This document shows, in pieces, positions 1 to 9,612 of a DNA stretch of 57,733 nucleotides. The translations under genes were made by a program, and so were the position numbers. Each line of letters opens with the position of its first letter. Position 1 is the stretch's first letter. Below the pieces are notes generated by a model, which was not told the origin of the DNA, did not search any database, and worked only from the letters and a program-made list of their open reading frames with translations. The stretch is from an uncultured Thermotogae bacterium. GTDB taxonomy: Bacteria; Bipolaricaulota; Bipolaricaulia; UBA7950; UBA9294. The DNA is taken from positions 1 to 57,733 of the forward strand of contig CAZGRE010000003.1 of the NCBI GenBank assembly GCA_964528085.1, given 5' to 3'.

Positions 1-1
1 G

Positions 2-556
2 ATGATCGAGGGCGAGATCGCTTATCGCCCGGAAGAAGCTCCGAAACCGGCCGATCGTCGGTGACTCGACGAGGTCGCCGGTGTTGACGACGAATGCCGC
101 ATCCGGCTCGTCCCTTGCCATCGTATTGGCGACGAGCTCGTGGCGAAGCGGGAATGTCCGCGTGTCCCCGTAGACGAGGAAGGTGAACGATCCGTCCTCT
201 CCCGCCGTCGTGAAGCGGCCCACCCTGCTCTCATAGACAGCGTCCCCCTCGTAGACGACGAGCCGGTAGCGGTACTCCGTCCCCGGCCTCAGCCCGTCGA
301 TCCGGATCTCGCCGCTCCCCTTCACCGACGCGAGCGTGACTGTACCCTCCCACGAGCCGGTCGCATCGTAGTTGGAAGCGATCGCGTAGTCGACTTCACC
401 GTCAACCGGTCGCGACGTCTGCCAGGTTATAGCGATCGAATCCTCCCCGATCGCCCCGAGGATCGGCCCCCATACGAGAGGGGTTCCCTCCTCCTGGCCG
501 AGGGCGAGAGCGCATAGGAGGGCCACCAAGAACGCTACCAGGATGAATCTTCTCAT
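2..556 (-). CDS. Secreted metallophosphoesterase (purple-acid-phosphatase-like, N-terminal FN3-like domain); runs off the left edge of the window
   Basis: Not in the ORF track because it is truncated. Manual translation from ATG 556 (SD AAGGAGG upstream): signal peptide MRRFILVAFLVALLCALALG, FN3-like LRPGTEYRYRL, then calcineurin-like motifs FLVYGDTR and VVNTGDLVE. Confidence 0.8.
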   Translation of the reverse strand, partial: MRRFILVAFLVALLCALALGQEEGTPLVWGPILGAIGEDSIAITWQTSRPVDGEVDYAIASNYDATGSWEGTVTLASVKGSGEIRIDGLRPGTEYRYRLVVYEGDAVYESRVGRFTTAGEDGSFTFLVYGDTRTFPLRHELVANTMARDEPDAAFVVNTGDLVESPTIGRFRSFFRAISDLALDH

Positions 557-569
557 CGCGCACCCTCCT

Positions 570-1511
570 TTACTGATAATGGACGCGCTTCTGAGTGACC
601 ATCAGTTGGAAGAGCGTAAACACGAATATTATGCCGAACAGGACGACCGATGCCGCAGCCGCCCGGCCGTAGTGGGGGGTGCCGAAGAATCCTTGCCTCA
701 TGATATAGTATACTAATGTCTCTGCGCTTTTCAGTGGGCCTGGTCCGTTGAACAGGACGTATATCTCGGTGAACACCTTGAACGAACCGATAAGGGAGAT
801 CACCAGTACAAAAAATATTTGAGGTGTAAGAAGAGGAACGGTTATTTTGCGCCAGACTTGAAACCCGGATGCCCCATCGATTCGCGCCGCTTCGTAGTAC
901 ATCTTGTCGATGTTCTGAAGCCCCGCGAGGAGGATGATCGCCTCGTAGCCGACGTAGCGCCAGACGTTCATGATGATCACTGCCGGGAGGGCGAAGTGCG
1001 GGTCGTTCAGCCAGTTTATCATATTAATACCAAAAAAACCTAAAAAGTAGTTTAGTAAACCGTACTGCGGGTTATACATCAGTCTCCAGACCATGACCAT
1101 CGCCACCACCGGCGTGATGTAGGCGAGGTAATACGAGGTCCGGGCGAAGGAGAGGAGTTTTAATGGCTTGTTCAGCAGGCTGGCGACGAGGAGGGCGAGG
1201 AAGAGCGTCACCGGGACGTTTATGCCGACGAAGTAGAACGTGTGCCATACCGCTCTCCAGAAGTACTTGTCATTAAACAAGTACTTGTAATGCCCGAGGC
1301 CGATGAATACACCCGGCGGGCTGGTGAACGACCACTTATAGAGGCTTATGCGAAATGCCGAGAAGAAGGGATAAAAGACGAATACGCTCAGGATAACAAG
1401 TGATGGAATTAAGTAGATATAAGCCCATAGTGTCTCATTCCAATAACTAGGGCTCTTCCACTCACTGGGGAGCGAAATCCACCTTCTCTTTCCTGTTGCA
1501 ACCTTGGTCAC
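570..1511 (-). CDS. Carbohydrate ABC transporter permease (CUT1, UgpA/MalF-like)
   Basis: About six TM segments and an EAA loop (YYEAARIDGASGFQVWRKITVPLL). Confidence 0.9.
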   Translation of the reverse strand: MTKVATGKRRWISLPSEWKSPSYWNETLWAYIYLIPSLVILSVFVFYPFFSAFRISLYKWSFTSPPGVFIGLGHYKYLFNDKYFWRAVWHTFYFVGINVPVTLFLALLVASLLNKPLKLLSFARTSYYLAYITPVVAMVMVWRLMYNPQYGLLNYFLGFFGINMINWLNDPHFALPAVIIMNVWRYVGYEAIILLAGLQNIDKMYYEAARIDGASGFQVWRKITVPLLTPQIFFVLVISLIGSFKVFTEIYVLFNGPGPLKSAETLVYYIMRQGFFGTPHYGRAAAASVVLFGIIFVFTLFQLMVTQKRVHYQ

Positions 1512-1527
1512 TTGTGTCCTTAATGAG

Positions 1528-1555
1528 GGCGGTCCGGGGTCTCCCCCGGACCGCC
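1528..1555 (-). other. Intra-operon stem-loop downstream of the SBP gene (probable mRNA stabiliser or partial terminator)
   Basis: 12-bp perfect stem GGCGGTCCGGGG / CCCCGGACCGCC with a GAGA tetraloop on the minus strand and no U-tract. Confidence 0.6.
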
Positions 1556-1563
1556 TATCGTTC

Positions 1564-2781
1564 TTAGAGAAGATCCTGTATCTGAGCGGCAGCGTCGTCG
1601 AGTGCTTCCTGCGGCGTCGCCTCGCCGTACATAATCTCCTCGCACATCGTACTCAGGATGTCCCGCATGTCCCCGTAGTTCGGGTGAAGGATCTGCGAGA
1701 ATCCCTCCTTCATCTGTTCGGCCATTACGGCTGCATACGGCTTGGTTTCGACGTAGTCCTTCCAAATCTGGCTTTCGTAGCCCGAGTAGGTGACGGGCAT
1801 ATAGCCAGACTCGGATGCCCAGTACGCTGTGTTATCCCCTTGGAGTAGGAACTTGACAAACTCAACGGCTGCGTCGAGCTCTGCCTGGGGATGATCCTTG
1901 AAGATCCCGATGTTCGTCCCCTGGATCGCCGACTTCTGGTTCACAGGGCCCATCGGAACACGCGCTACGCCGATCGTCAGACCGGCCGCCGTAGCCTCCT
2001 TGTTCCAGTAGTAGTAGCCGGCCGAGGTGTCGATCGCCATCGCGATCTCTGTGATGTGGTTGTTTAAGTACTCGTTGGTGATGACCGAATAAGGAGCGAG
2101 GCTGGCGTAGAACTGGGCGGCTTCGAGTCCCTGTTCGTTGTTCAACGTCACCTCAGTCCAGTCGTCGTTCAGGATCGAGCCGCCGGCCTGGGTTAGGAGG
2201 ACGAGGAACTGCTCCGGGTTCGCCCCTGGACGGAACCCCGTTCCATATCGGTCGATATTTCCGTCACCGTCAGTGTCGACTGTCAACTCCTTTGCGAGGT
2301 TGAAGTACTCCTCCCACGTCGTCGGCGGCTCAGGGACGAGCTCCTTTACGTAGTAGAAGACCATGATCGACTTATTGAACGGTACAGTCAGCAGCTGGCC
2401 ATGGTAGTAGCACGTCGAGAGGAGGCCTGGGAGGATGTCGGCCTTCTCCTCGTCGGTCAGATAATCGCCAAGTGGGAGGAGAGCATCGGCGATCGGTGGG
2501 ATCCAGTTCTCGTAGAAGATCGTCATCGTCGGGGTTTCGCCGGCGACGACCGAGTTGTTGATCTTCTGCTGAAGCGCGCCGTAGCTCCCCTGGTACACCC
2601 ACTCTACCGTGATGTTCGGGTGTGTCTCGTGGAACTTATCCGCCAGATACTGAAGCGCGTCGTTGTGTCGTTCGCTGAACCTATGCCAGAAGGTTATCGT
2701 GATCGGTTCCTCGGCGATGGCCAGGATACCGAAGAGGACAGCACCGATTATGGTCAAGGCAAGTAAAACCCGCAGTTTCAT
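1564..2781 (-). CDS. ABC transporter extracellular solute-binding protein (family 1, UgpB-like)
   Basis: Signal peptide MKLRVLLALTIIG.., ITITFWH, VPFNKS, PPTTWEE, SGYMPV. Start placed at ATG 2781 behind SD AGGAGG. Confidence 0.9.
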   Translation of the reverse strand: MKLRVLLALTIIGAVLFGILAIAEEPITITFWHRFSERHNDALQYLADKFHETHPNITVEWVYQGSYGALQQKINNSVVAGETPTMTIFYENWIPPIADALLPLGDYLTDEEKADILPGLLSTCYYHGQLLTVPFNKSIMVFYYVKELVPEPPTTWEEYFNLAKELTVDTDGDGNIDRYGTGFRPGANPEQFLVLLTQAGGSILNDDWTEVTLNNEQGLEAAQFYASLAPYSVITNEYLNNHITEIAMAIDTSAGYYYWNKEATAAGLTIGVARVPMGPVNQKSAIQGTNIGIFKDHPQAELDAAVEFVKFLLQGDNTAYWASESGYMPVTYSGYESQIWKDYVETKPYAAVMAEQMKEGFSQILHPNYGDMRDILSTMCEEIMYGEATPQEALDDAAAQIQDLL

Positions 2782-2876
2782 ATTTGACCTCCTGTTTGTA
2801 TTAAGTCTCTCTTCCCCTCCGTCTTCTTTCACCACGGTTCCCTCCGATCAGATCACCTCCTTGTCGCTTCTGGTGT

Positions 2877-3728
2877 TCATTTGATCCCCGTCCGTGCGAT
2901 CCCCTGGATGAACTGCTTCTGGGTGAAGAAGAAGAGGATCAGCGTTGGAAGGATGGCGAGGACCGATGCCGCCATTAGCAGCTCGTACGCCGTTCCGATC
3001 TCGCTCGAGAAGACCTGCAATCCGACCGGAACGGTCCGCATCTCCGGCCGGTTGGTCATGATCAGAACCCAGAGGAATGCGTTCCAGCTCCCGAGGAACT
3101 TGAACAGGGCGACGGTGAATATCGCCGGCCGCGATAGGGGGACGACGATCGTGAACAGGAACCGGAATCTCGAGCAGCCGTCGATCCGGGCCGCGTCTTG
3201 GAGCTCATCCGGGATCGAGCGGAAGAACTGGCGCAGAAGGAAGATTCCGAATACCGAGACGAGCCACGGGATGATCAGCGCCTCGTAGTGGTCGAGCCAA
3301 CCGAGCCGCGCTATCGTCACGTAGTTCGGCAGGAGGAGCATCTCGCCGGGGATCATCAACGTTCCGAGGAGGGCGGCGAACAGGACGTTCTTCCCGAAGA
3401 AACGCATCTTGGCGAACGCGTATGCGGCGAGGATGGTGGTGAACACCTCTCCGATCGTCGTCGTAATGGCGATGAAGAAACTATTGAAGAAGTAGCGGCC
3501 GAACGGGGCTGCGTTCCACGCCTTCACGTAGTTGATCCACTGCCACTTTGAGGGAATCCACACCGGCGGGATGCGGAGCGTCTCAAGCTCCGTCTTGAAC
3601 GATGTGGTGAGCATCCAGAAGAACGGGAGGAGCATGATCGCCGCTCCGCCGAAGAGGAGGAGGTAAAGGATCATCCGGTAGATTCGCTGCTGCAGGATGT
3701 ACCTGTTTGCAAGGTCGCCCGAGTCCAA
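2877..3728 (-). CDS. Carbohydrate ABC transporter permease (UgpE/MalG-like)
   Basis: LLPFFWM, FLLRQFFRSIPDELQDAARIDGC (EAA loop), QKQFIQGI. TTG start with SD GGAGG. Confidence 0.9.
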   Translation of the reverse strand: MDSGDLANRYILQQRIYRMILYLLLFGGAAIMLLPFFWMLTTSFKTELETLRIPPVWIPSKWQWINYVKAWNAAPFGRYFFNSFFIAITTTIGEVFTTILAAYAFAKMRFFGKNVLFAALLGTLMIPGEMLLLPNYVTIARLGWLDHYEALIIPWLVSVFGIFLLRQFFRSIPDELQDAARIDGCSRFRFLFTIVVPLSRPAIFTVALFKFLGSWNAFLWVLIMTNRPEMRTVPVGLQVFSSEIGTAYELLMAASVLAILPTLILFFFTQKQFIQGIARTGIK

Positions 3729-3757
3729 GCGCTCCCCTCCCCCATCAAGCTTCTCCC

Positions 3758-3786
3758 AGTATAGCCGGGCTACCCGGCTCGGACAA
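3758..3786 (-). promoter_or_regulatory. Sigma70-type promoter of the sugar-type ABC operon with a perfect inverted repeat in the spacer
   Basis: TTGTCC (3786-3781), 17 bp, TATACT (3763-3758). AGCCGGG-CTA-CCCGGCT occupies 3763-3779. Confidence 0.65.
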
Positions 3787-3817
3787 CGGCCGGTTCGGGT
3801 AGAATCGGTCCTCGCCG

Positions 3818-4687
3818 ATGAAGATATCAGAACGGATCGTCTCTCGATTCATCCTCGTCCTCGCCGCCGTCATCTGGGGGTTCGCATTCGTCGCCCAGCG
3901 GGAGGGGATGAAGGACGTCGGGCCGTTCCTGTTCAACGCCGTCCGATTCGCCCTCGGGGGGATTACGCTCCTTCCCTTCCTCCTCCGGCGGAAGACGCGG
4001 CGATCGGTTGGAAAGGGGGTTGTTCTCGGGTATATCGCCGCCGGGGTCGTCCTGTTCGCTGCCGCCTCCCTGCAGCAAAGTGGGATCGTTTACACGACGG
4101 CGGGAAAGGCGGGGTTCATCACCGGGCTGTATCTTGTGATCATACCGTTGATCGGCCTTCTCTTGGGGAAGCGCGCCCGTTTGACGAGTTGGTTCGCGGT
4201 CATCATCGCCACAGGCGGGCTCTATCTCCTCACCGTGAGGGGGGTGGGGCGGATCGGGATCGGCGACCTCCTCGTCCTCGCCAGCGCGTTTGGTTGGGCG
4301 GCGCACGTCCACATCGTCGGGTGGCTCGCCCGTAGGGCCGATCCGATCGTCATCGCCGCTTCCCAGTTTGCCATCTGCGCTGCGCTCAGCCTGACGGTCG
4401 CCGTCTTCGTCGAGCCGATCACGCTCGCGGGACTGCATCGGGCGTGGCTGCCGATCGCCTACGCCGGGATCCTCTCCACCGCCGGGGCGTACACCCTGCA
4501 GGTGATCGGGCAGCGGCGGGTCGAACCGGCGGAGGCCGGGGTGATCATGAGCCTCGAGACGGTCTTCGCCGCCCTCGGCGGCTGGCTTATCTTAGGCGAG
4601 TCGATGACCTTACGGATGCTCCTCGGAAGCGGTCTGATGCTCCTCGGGATGCTCCTCTCCCAGACGAGGCCGGATGATTCCGGTTAA
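3818..4687 (+). CDS. DMT/EamA family transporter
   Basis: IWGFAFVAQR, AGKAGFITGLY, GDLLVL, AYTLQVIGQR, SLETVFA; about ten TM segments. Confidence 0.9.
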   Translation: MKISERIVSRFILVLAAVIWGFAFVAQREGMKDVGPFLFNAVRFALGGITLLPFLLRRKTRRSVGKGVVLGYIAAGVVLFAAASLQQSGIVYTTAGKAGFITGLYLVIIPLIGLLLGKRARLTSWFAVIIATGGLYLLTVRGVGRIGIGDLLVLASAFGWAAHVHIVGWLARRADPIVIAASQFAICAALSLTVAVFVEPITLAGLHRAWLPIAYAGILSTAGAYTLQVIGQRRVEPAEAGVIMSLETVFAALGGWLILGESMTLRMLLGSGLMLLGMLLSQTRPDDSG

Positions 4688-6756
4688 GCCCCGTCCGGAT
4701 CCGCTGCGACCTCGACGAACTGGAGGCGATGGAGGGCGGCGTACAGGCCGTCGCGGGCGAGGAGCTCTGAGTGCGTCCCCTCCTCCACTACCCTCCCCTT
4801 GTGCAGGACGATGATCTTGTCCGCCTCGCGGATGGTAGACAGCCGATGGGCGATGACGATCGACGTGCGGTTCTCCATGATCTTTGTGAGGGAGCGCTGG
4901 ATCAGGCTCTCGGTCTGCGAATCGATGCTCGCCGTCGCCTCGTCGAGGACGAGGATCTGCGGCTTGAACGCCACGGCGCGGGCGAACGAGAGGAGCTGCC
5001 TCTCCCCGACGGATAGGGTGACCCCCCGCTCCTTCACCTCGGTCGAGTAGCCGTCCGGTAGCGACTCCACGAAGTCGGCGTTGGCGAACCGTGCCGCTTC
5101 TATCGCCTCCTCATCCGGTATCTCCTTGCGGAGCCGGATGTTGTCCATGATGTCCCCTGAGAAGAGGAAGACGTCCTGGAGGACGACGGCCATCTGCGAG
5201 CGGAGGAAGGAGAGGTCGAGCCGCTCGATCGGGACCCCGTCAAGGAGGATCTCTCCCTTTTGGATCGGATACATCCGCAGTAGCAGCCGGATGATCGTCG
5301 TCTTCCCCGAACCGGTTGGCCCGACGATCGCCACCCGCTCCCCAGGTTCGACGGTGAACGAGACGTCCTTCAGGATCCATTCCTCGTCGTTGTACGCGAA
5401 CCAGACGTTCCGGAACTCGATCCTCCCTGAGAGGTCCTCGATCCTCTCCCCCCCGCCGCGGTCCTCCTCCGGTTCGTCGAGCAGGATGAAGATCCGCTCG
5501 GCAGCCGCCATCGCCCCCTGGAGGACGTTGTACCCCTGGGAGAGTTCGAGGATCGGCTCGAACAGCATCCGCACGTATTGAATGAACGCGGTCAGCGAAC
5601 CGAGGGAGAGGGTCCCGCGCAGGACGTTCAACCCTCCGTACCAGATGACGATCGCCACGGCGAATGAGCTCAGAAAGCTCATCAGCGGCCGGAAGACGGC
5701 GAAGGTGAGGAGCTGGCGCATGCTCGCCTTGTACTTGTCGACGTTGATCTTGGCGAACCGCTCGTTCGCCTTCATCTCCTGGACGAACAGCTGGATGATC
5801 GGCATCCCGGAGATCGACTCCTGCAAATACGCGTTCAGCCGGGCGATCTGGCGGCGGACCTCGCGGTAGGCGGCGCGGGCGCGGCGGCGGAACTCGAACG
5901 CGGCGATCACGATCAGCGGGAAGAGGGCGAGGATGATCAGGGCGACCCGCCATTCGAGATGGAACATGATCCCGAGGACAGCGACGATCAGAAACGCGTC
6001 CCGAAACAGGTTAACGAGCATCGAGGTGAACATCTCGTTGATCGCGGCGACGTCGTTCGTCACCCGGGTGACGAGCCTCCCCACCGGGGCGCGATCGAAG
6101 TAGGAGAGCGGGAGGCGGAGGACGTGGCCGAATATCTCCCGCCGCATGTCGTACATCACCCTCTGCCCGGTCAGCTGAAGGAGGTAGACCTGACTGACGC
6201 TGAATAGGAACCGGACGAGGAGGGCGATCGCGAACAGGAGCGAAAGCCTGAGCAGCCCGGCGACCGCCCCGCCCCGGAGCGAGATCGTCTCCGCTGGGGA
6301 GAGGAGGCGGACGGCCGACTCATCGGCTAGATATCCGCCCGGAACCTGTGTGAACAGGTCCGGATGCTTCAATGGAATCCCTTCCTCCTCGCTCCCTTCC
6401 GGGACGAACAGGTAGCGGGTCGGGGAGAGGGCCCCGGTTTCCTCCCATTCGCTCCGAAGGGATGCCGATATGAAGGGGACCTTGACCAGGTAACGCCCGT
6501 CGCCGAGGTCGATCGGCGCGCCGGTTGCGGGGAGCGACTCGAGCTCGACGATCGCCCACGGGAGGGTGAGGAATCGATCGATCGCGATCTTGCTGATGTA
6601 AGGGAGGGCAGTCTGGATCCCAGTAAGGACGAGGATCAATACGACGCAGACGGAGAAGAGCCGCCAATACGGGGTGAGGAACCGGACAAGCCGGCGCATC
6701 AGCCGGAGGTCGAACGCCTTCCCAGTTATCTCATCGTCGTGGGGGGTGTGATCCAT
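4684..6756 (-). CDS. ABC exporter permease/ATPase, MdlB/YheH-like half of a heterodimer
   Basis: TM domain plus Walker A GPTGSGKT, LSVGERQ, ILVLDEAT, IAHRLST. Confidence 0.9.
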   Translation of the reverse strand: MDHTPHDDEITGKAFDLRLMRRLVRFLTPYWRLFSVCVVLILVLTGIQTALPYISKIAIDRFLTLPWAIVELESLPATGAPIDLGDGRYLVKVPFISASLRSEWEETGALSPTRYLFVPEGSEEEGIPLKHPDLFTQVPGGYLADESAVRLLSPAETISLRGGAVAGLLRLSLLFAIALLVRFLFSVSQVYLLQLTGQRVMYDMRREIFGHVLRLPLSYFDRAPVGRLVTRVTNDVAAINEMFTSMLVNLFRDAFLIVAVLGIMFHLEWRVALIILALFPLIVIAAFEFRRRARAAYREVRRQIARLNAYLQESISGMPIIQLFVQEMKANERFAKINVDKYKASMRQLLTFAVFRPLMSFLSSFAVAIVIWYGGLNVLRGTLSLGSLTAFIQYVRMLFEPILELSQGYNVLQGAMAAAERIFILLDEPEEDRGGGERIEDLSGRIEFRNVWFAYNDEEWILKDVSFTVEPGERVAIVGPTGSGKTTIIRLLLRMYPIQKGEILLDGVPIERLDLSFLRSQMAVVLQDVFLFSGDIMDNIRLRKEIPDEEAIEAARFANADFVESLPDGYSTEVKERGVTLSVGERQLLSFARAVAFKPQILVLDEATASIDSQTESLIQRSLTKIMENRTSIVIAHRLSTIREADKIIVLHKGRVVEEGTHSELLARDGLYAALHRLQFVEVAADPDGA

Positions 6757-8476
6757 CGTTCACCTCCTTCTCCGCTTGCTGGAGGTCCCAGATCCGCTTG
6801 TATATCCCGGCATGGGCGAGTAGCTGCGCGTGGGTCCCCGACTCGACGATCCTCCCCTTGTCGAGGACGATGATCCTCTCTGCGTGCATCACCGCCGACA
6901 GTCGATGGGCGATGACGATCGATGTCCGGCCGTGGAAGAACTCGCGCAGGCTGTTGAGAATGAACGCCTCCCGTTCGGCGTCGACGGCGGAGAGGGGGTC
7001 GTCGAATATCAGGATTTCGGGTGAGAGGAGGAGGGCGCGGGCGATCGCCACGCGCTGCTTCTGACCGCCGGAGAGGGAGATCCCCCGCTCCCCGACCTTC
7101 GTCTCGTATCCGTCGGGGAACTCTTCGATCTCGTTGTGGATCCCGGCCCGGCGAGCGGCCGCCTCCACCTCCTCGTCGCTTGCATCCGGATTCCCGAACG
7201 CGATGTTCTCTCGGATCGTCGCGGAGAAGAGGAACGGATCCTGGGGGACGAACCCGATCATCCGGCGGAGCTCCTTCAGGGAAATCTCGCGCACATCTGT
7301 CCCTCCGACGAACACACTCCCCGGCGGCGGGTCGAACACCCGCGGGATCAGCCGGGCGAGGGTGCTCTTCCCCGCTCCGGTCAGCCCGACCACCCCGACG
7401 GTCGTCCCCTCCTCGATCTCGAGGTCGATCCCCTGCAGCGCCGGGGTGTCGCTCGCCGCAGCCGGGTAGCTGAACGTCAGGTTCCGGATCTCGATCCTCG
7501 CCCCGTTCGCCGGCTTCGGTGAACGGGGGTCGGCGATCGCCGGGGCGACCGACAGGAGCCGGTTGATCCGGACGAGGGATGCGCTACCCCGTTGGATGAT
7601 GTTCACCGCCCATCCGAGCGAGATCATTGGCCAGATCAGCATCGAAAGATACTGGGTGAATGCCACGAAGTCCCCGAGGGTTATCGAGCTTCGGATTACG
7701 CTCACCCCGCCGACCCAGAGGACGATCGCCAGGGTCGCTCCGGAGAGGAGGCCGATCAGCGGGTCGAACAGGCCCCAGACGCGTACGAGGGCCATGTTCT
7801 TCCCCACGAACGAGAGGTTGGTCCGGTCGAAGTCCCGTTCCGTTCCCTCCTCCTGCACGAACGACTTGATGACCCTGATCCCGGCGACGTTCTCCCGCAC
7901 CTTCTCCATCAGGTGGGAGAACCCCTCCTGGACGACCTCGAACCGGCGGTGGATCACCCTCCCGAAGCCGAGCATGAATAGGGTCAGTATCGGGAGGGGG
8001 ATGATCGTGTACAGGGTCAGGCGCGGGTCGATTGTGAGCATGATCCCGATCGCGACGGGGATCATGAACAGCGGATCGGCGATCGTGATCACCCCGAACC
8101 CGCAGGCCCGGCTGACCGCGTCGATGTCGTTCGTCGCATGCGCCATCAGATCACCGGTCTTGTGCTCGTGGTAGAACGATGCCGGGAGGAGGAGGAAGTG
8201 CCGATACAGCTTCTCGCGGAGGTCGCGTTCGATCAGCCGTGCGCTCCCGATCAGGAAATACCGCCACAGGAAGCGGAATCCCATCACGACGAGGGCGAGG
8301 GCGACGATGTACAGGCCGCTCCGTAAGAGATCCCCCTCCCCGCGCGCGAGCCGGTCGATCGCATCCCTGATCACGAGCGGCACCAGGAGCCCGGCTCCGT
8401 CCACGACGAGTAGGGAGAGGAACCCGGCCAGGATGCGTCCGCGGTACCGCCAGAGCCAACTCCTCAGCCGATCCAT
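6731..8476 (-). CDS. ABC exporter permease/ATPase, MdlA/YheI-like half of a heterodimer
   Basis: TGDLMAHATND, Walker A GLTGAGKS, LSGGQKQR, degenerate Walker B IFDDPLSAVD. Start placed at ATG 8476. Confidence 0.9.
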   Translation of the reverse strand: MDRLRSWLWRYRGRILAGFLSLLVVDGAGLLVPLVIRDAIDRLARGEGDLLRSGLYIVALALVVMGFRFLWRYFLIGSARLIERDLREKLYRHFLLLPASFYHEHKTGDLMAHATNDIDAVSRACGFGVITIADPLFMIPVAIGIMLTIDPRLTLYTIIPLPILTLFMLGFGRVIHRRFEVVQEGFSHLMEKVRENVAGIRVIKSFVQEEGTERDFDRTNLSFVGKNMALVRVWGLFDPLIGLLSGATLAIVLWVGGVSVIRSSITLGDFVAFTQYLSMLIWPMISLGWAVNIIQRGSASLVRINRLLSVAPAIADPRSPKPANGARIEIRNLTFSYPAAASDTPALQGIDLEIEEGTTVGVVGLTGAGKSTLARLIPRVFDPPPGSVFVGGTDVREISLKELRRMIGFVPQDPFLFSATIRENIAFGNPDASDEEVEAAARRAGIHNEIEEFPDGYETKVGERGISLSGGQKQRVAIARALLLSPEILIFDDPLSAVDAEREAFILNSLREFFHGRTSIVIAHRLSAVMHAERIIVLDKGRIVESGTHAQLLAHAGIYKRIWDLQQAEKEVNDGSHPPRR

Positions 8477-8536
8477 CGGAGCGTGATGGTAACCGATCAC
8501 TTATGATGACGAAAGGGAACGGGGTTTGGAGGATCG

Positions 8537-8565
8537 TTGGTCGGATATCATCGGGTTGCTATAAT
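8537..8565 (+). promoter_or_regulatory. Sigma70-type promoter of the NitT/TauT ABC operon
   Basis: TTGGTC (8537-8542), 17 bp, TATAAT (8560-8565), with an extended -10 TG. Confidence 0.6.
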
Positions 8566-8601
8566 CTTCAACCATCCCTAACCGACTGAGGGGGAAGATC
8601 G

Positions 8602-9612
8602 ATGGCCTTATTGCGACGAGCCGGTGTTTTCTTGTTGATACCCTTTCTTTTTTCCGTTGTGGTAACGGCGGGAGGGGTGACGCTTCGGATCAGCCTTCCT
8701 CCCGTCTATGAGGCGCTCCCGATCGCGTTCGCTGCCGAATGGGGGCTGTTTGATTCTGAGGGGATCACGGTCGAGGTCGTCGGGATCACCGACGATCAGG
8801 AGCGGAGCACCGCCCTGATGACTGGGAACCTCGACGTGGTTATGGAGGACATGACGCGGGCGGTCCTCGATTACGCCGGAGGGTGGGACGTGGTGATAAC
8901 GAGCGCCGCCGGTTCCCGGCCGCAGACGGGAAGCATCAGCCTCGCCCTCGTTTCGACCGATTCATTCGGGATCGATTCCCTCGATCAGCTGATCTCCTCC
9001 GACCTGGCGATCGGGACGACCTATCGGAGCAACTACGAATACCTCCTCGACAGGCTCCTCGCCGCCCATGGCTTGGATAACGGTTGGATGAACAGGTACA
9101 TGTACTTCAACGGTGTCCTTCAGATCGCCGTCTGGTTCGGAGCCCGATCGATCCCGGCTGCCGTCCTCCCCGAGCCGTACATCTCTTACCTCGCAACATG
9201 GCATCCGGAAAACGGGGAGCCGATCCCCGTCGTCATCCTCTCCGATTTCTCCGAGGTCGGAAGCCTCCCGAGCGTTGTCGTCTTCCGCCGGGAGTTCATC
9301 TCCGATCACCCTGATGTCGTTCGCGCGTTCTATTCCGCCTACGCCGAAGCGATCGAGCGGATCAACTCCACCCCCCGCGATCGGCTGATCGATGATGGGT
9401 TGGACGTCGTCATCCCCCTCTTCTTCCAGGGGGTCGACCCGGAGACGATCCCCCAGGAGGTCCTCGACGCGATCGTCGTTCCGGTCTTCGACCCTCCTGC
9501 TGAGCCTTCACCGGAGGAGTTCGACGACGTCACATCGTGGATGAAGGAGAAGGGGTACATCGTCGATCCGCCTCGGTACGACGATCTCGTCGATACCAGG
9601 TTTATCCCATGA
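8602..9612 (+). CDS. ABC transporter substrate-binding protein, NitT/TauT (NMT1/SsuA-like) family
   Basis: Signal peptide, ALPIAFAAEWGLFDSEGITVEV, AAVLPEPY, VRAFYSAYAEAI. Confidence 0.8.
   Translation: MALLRRAGVFLLIPFLFSVVVTAGGVTLRISLPPVYEALPIAFAAEWGLFDSEGITVEVVGITDDQERSTALMTGNLDVVMEDMTRAVLDYAGGWDVVITSAAGSRPQTGSISLALVSTDSFGIDSLDQLISSDLAIGTTYRSNYEYLLDRLLAAHGLDNGWMNRYMYFNGVLQIAVWFGARSIPAAVLPEPYISYLATWHPENGEPIPVVILSDFSEVGSLPSVVVFRREFISDHPDVVRAFYSAYAEAIERINSTPRDRLIDDGLDVVIPLFFQGVDPETIPQEVLDAIVVPVFDPPAEPSPEEFDDVTSWMKEKGYIVDPPRYDDLVDTRFIP

Noticed and set aside
140-517. Plus-strand 125-aa ORF from the track
   Set aside because: Shadow of the truncated minus-strand metallophosphoesterase, which has an SD, a signal peptide and catalytic motifs.
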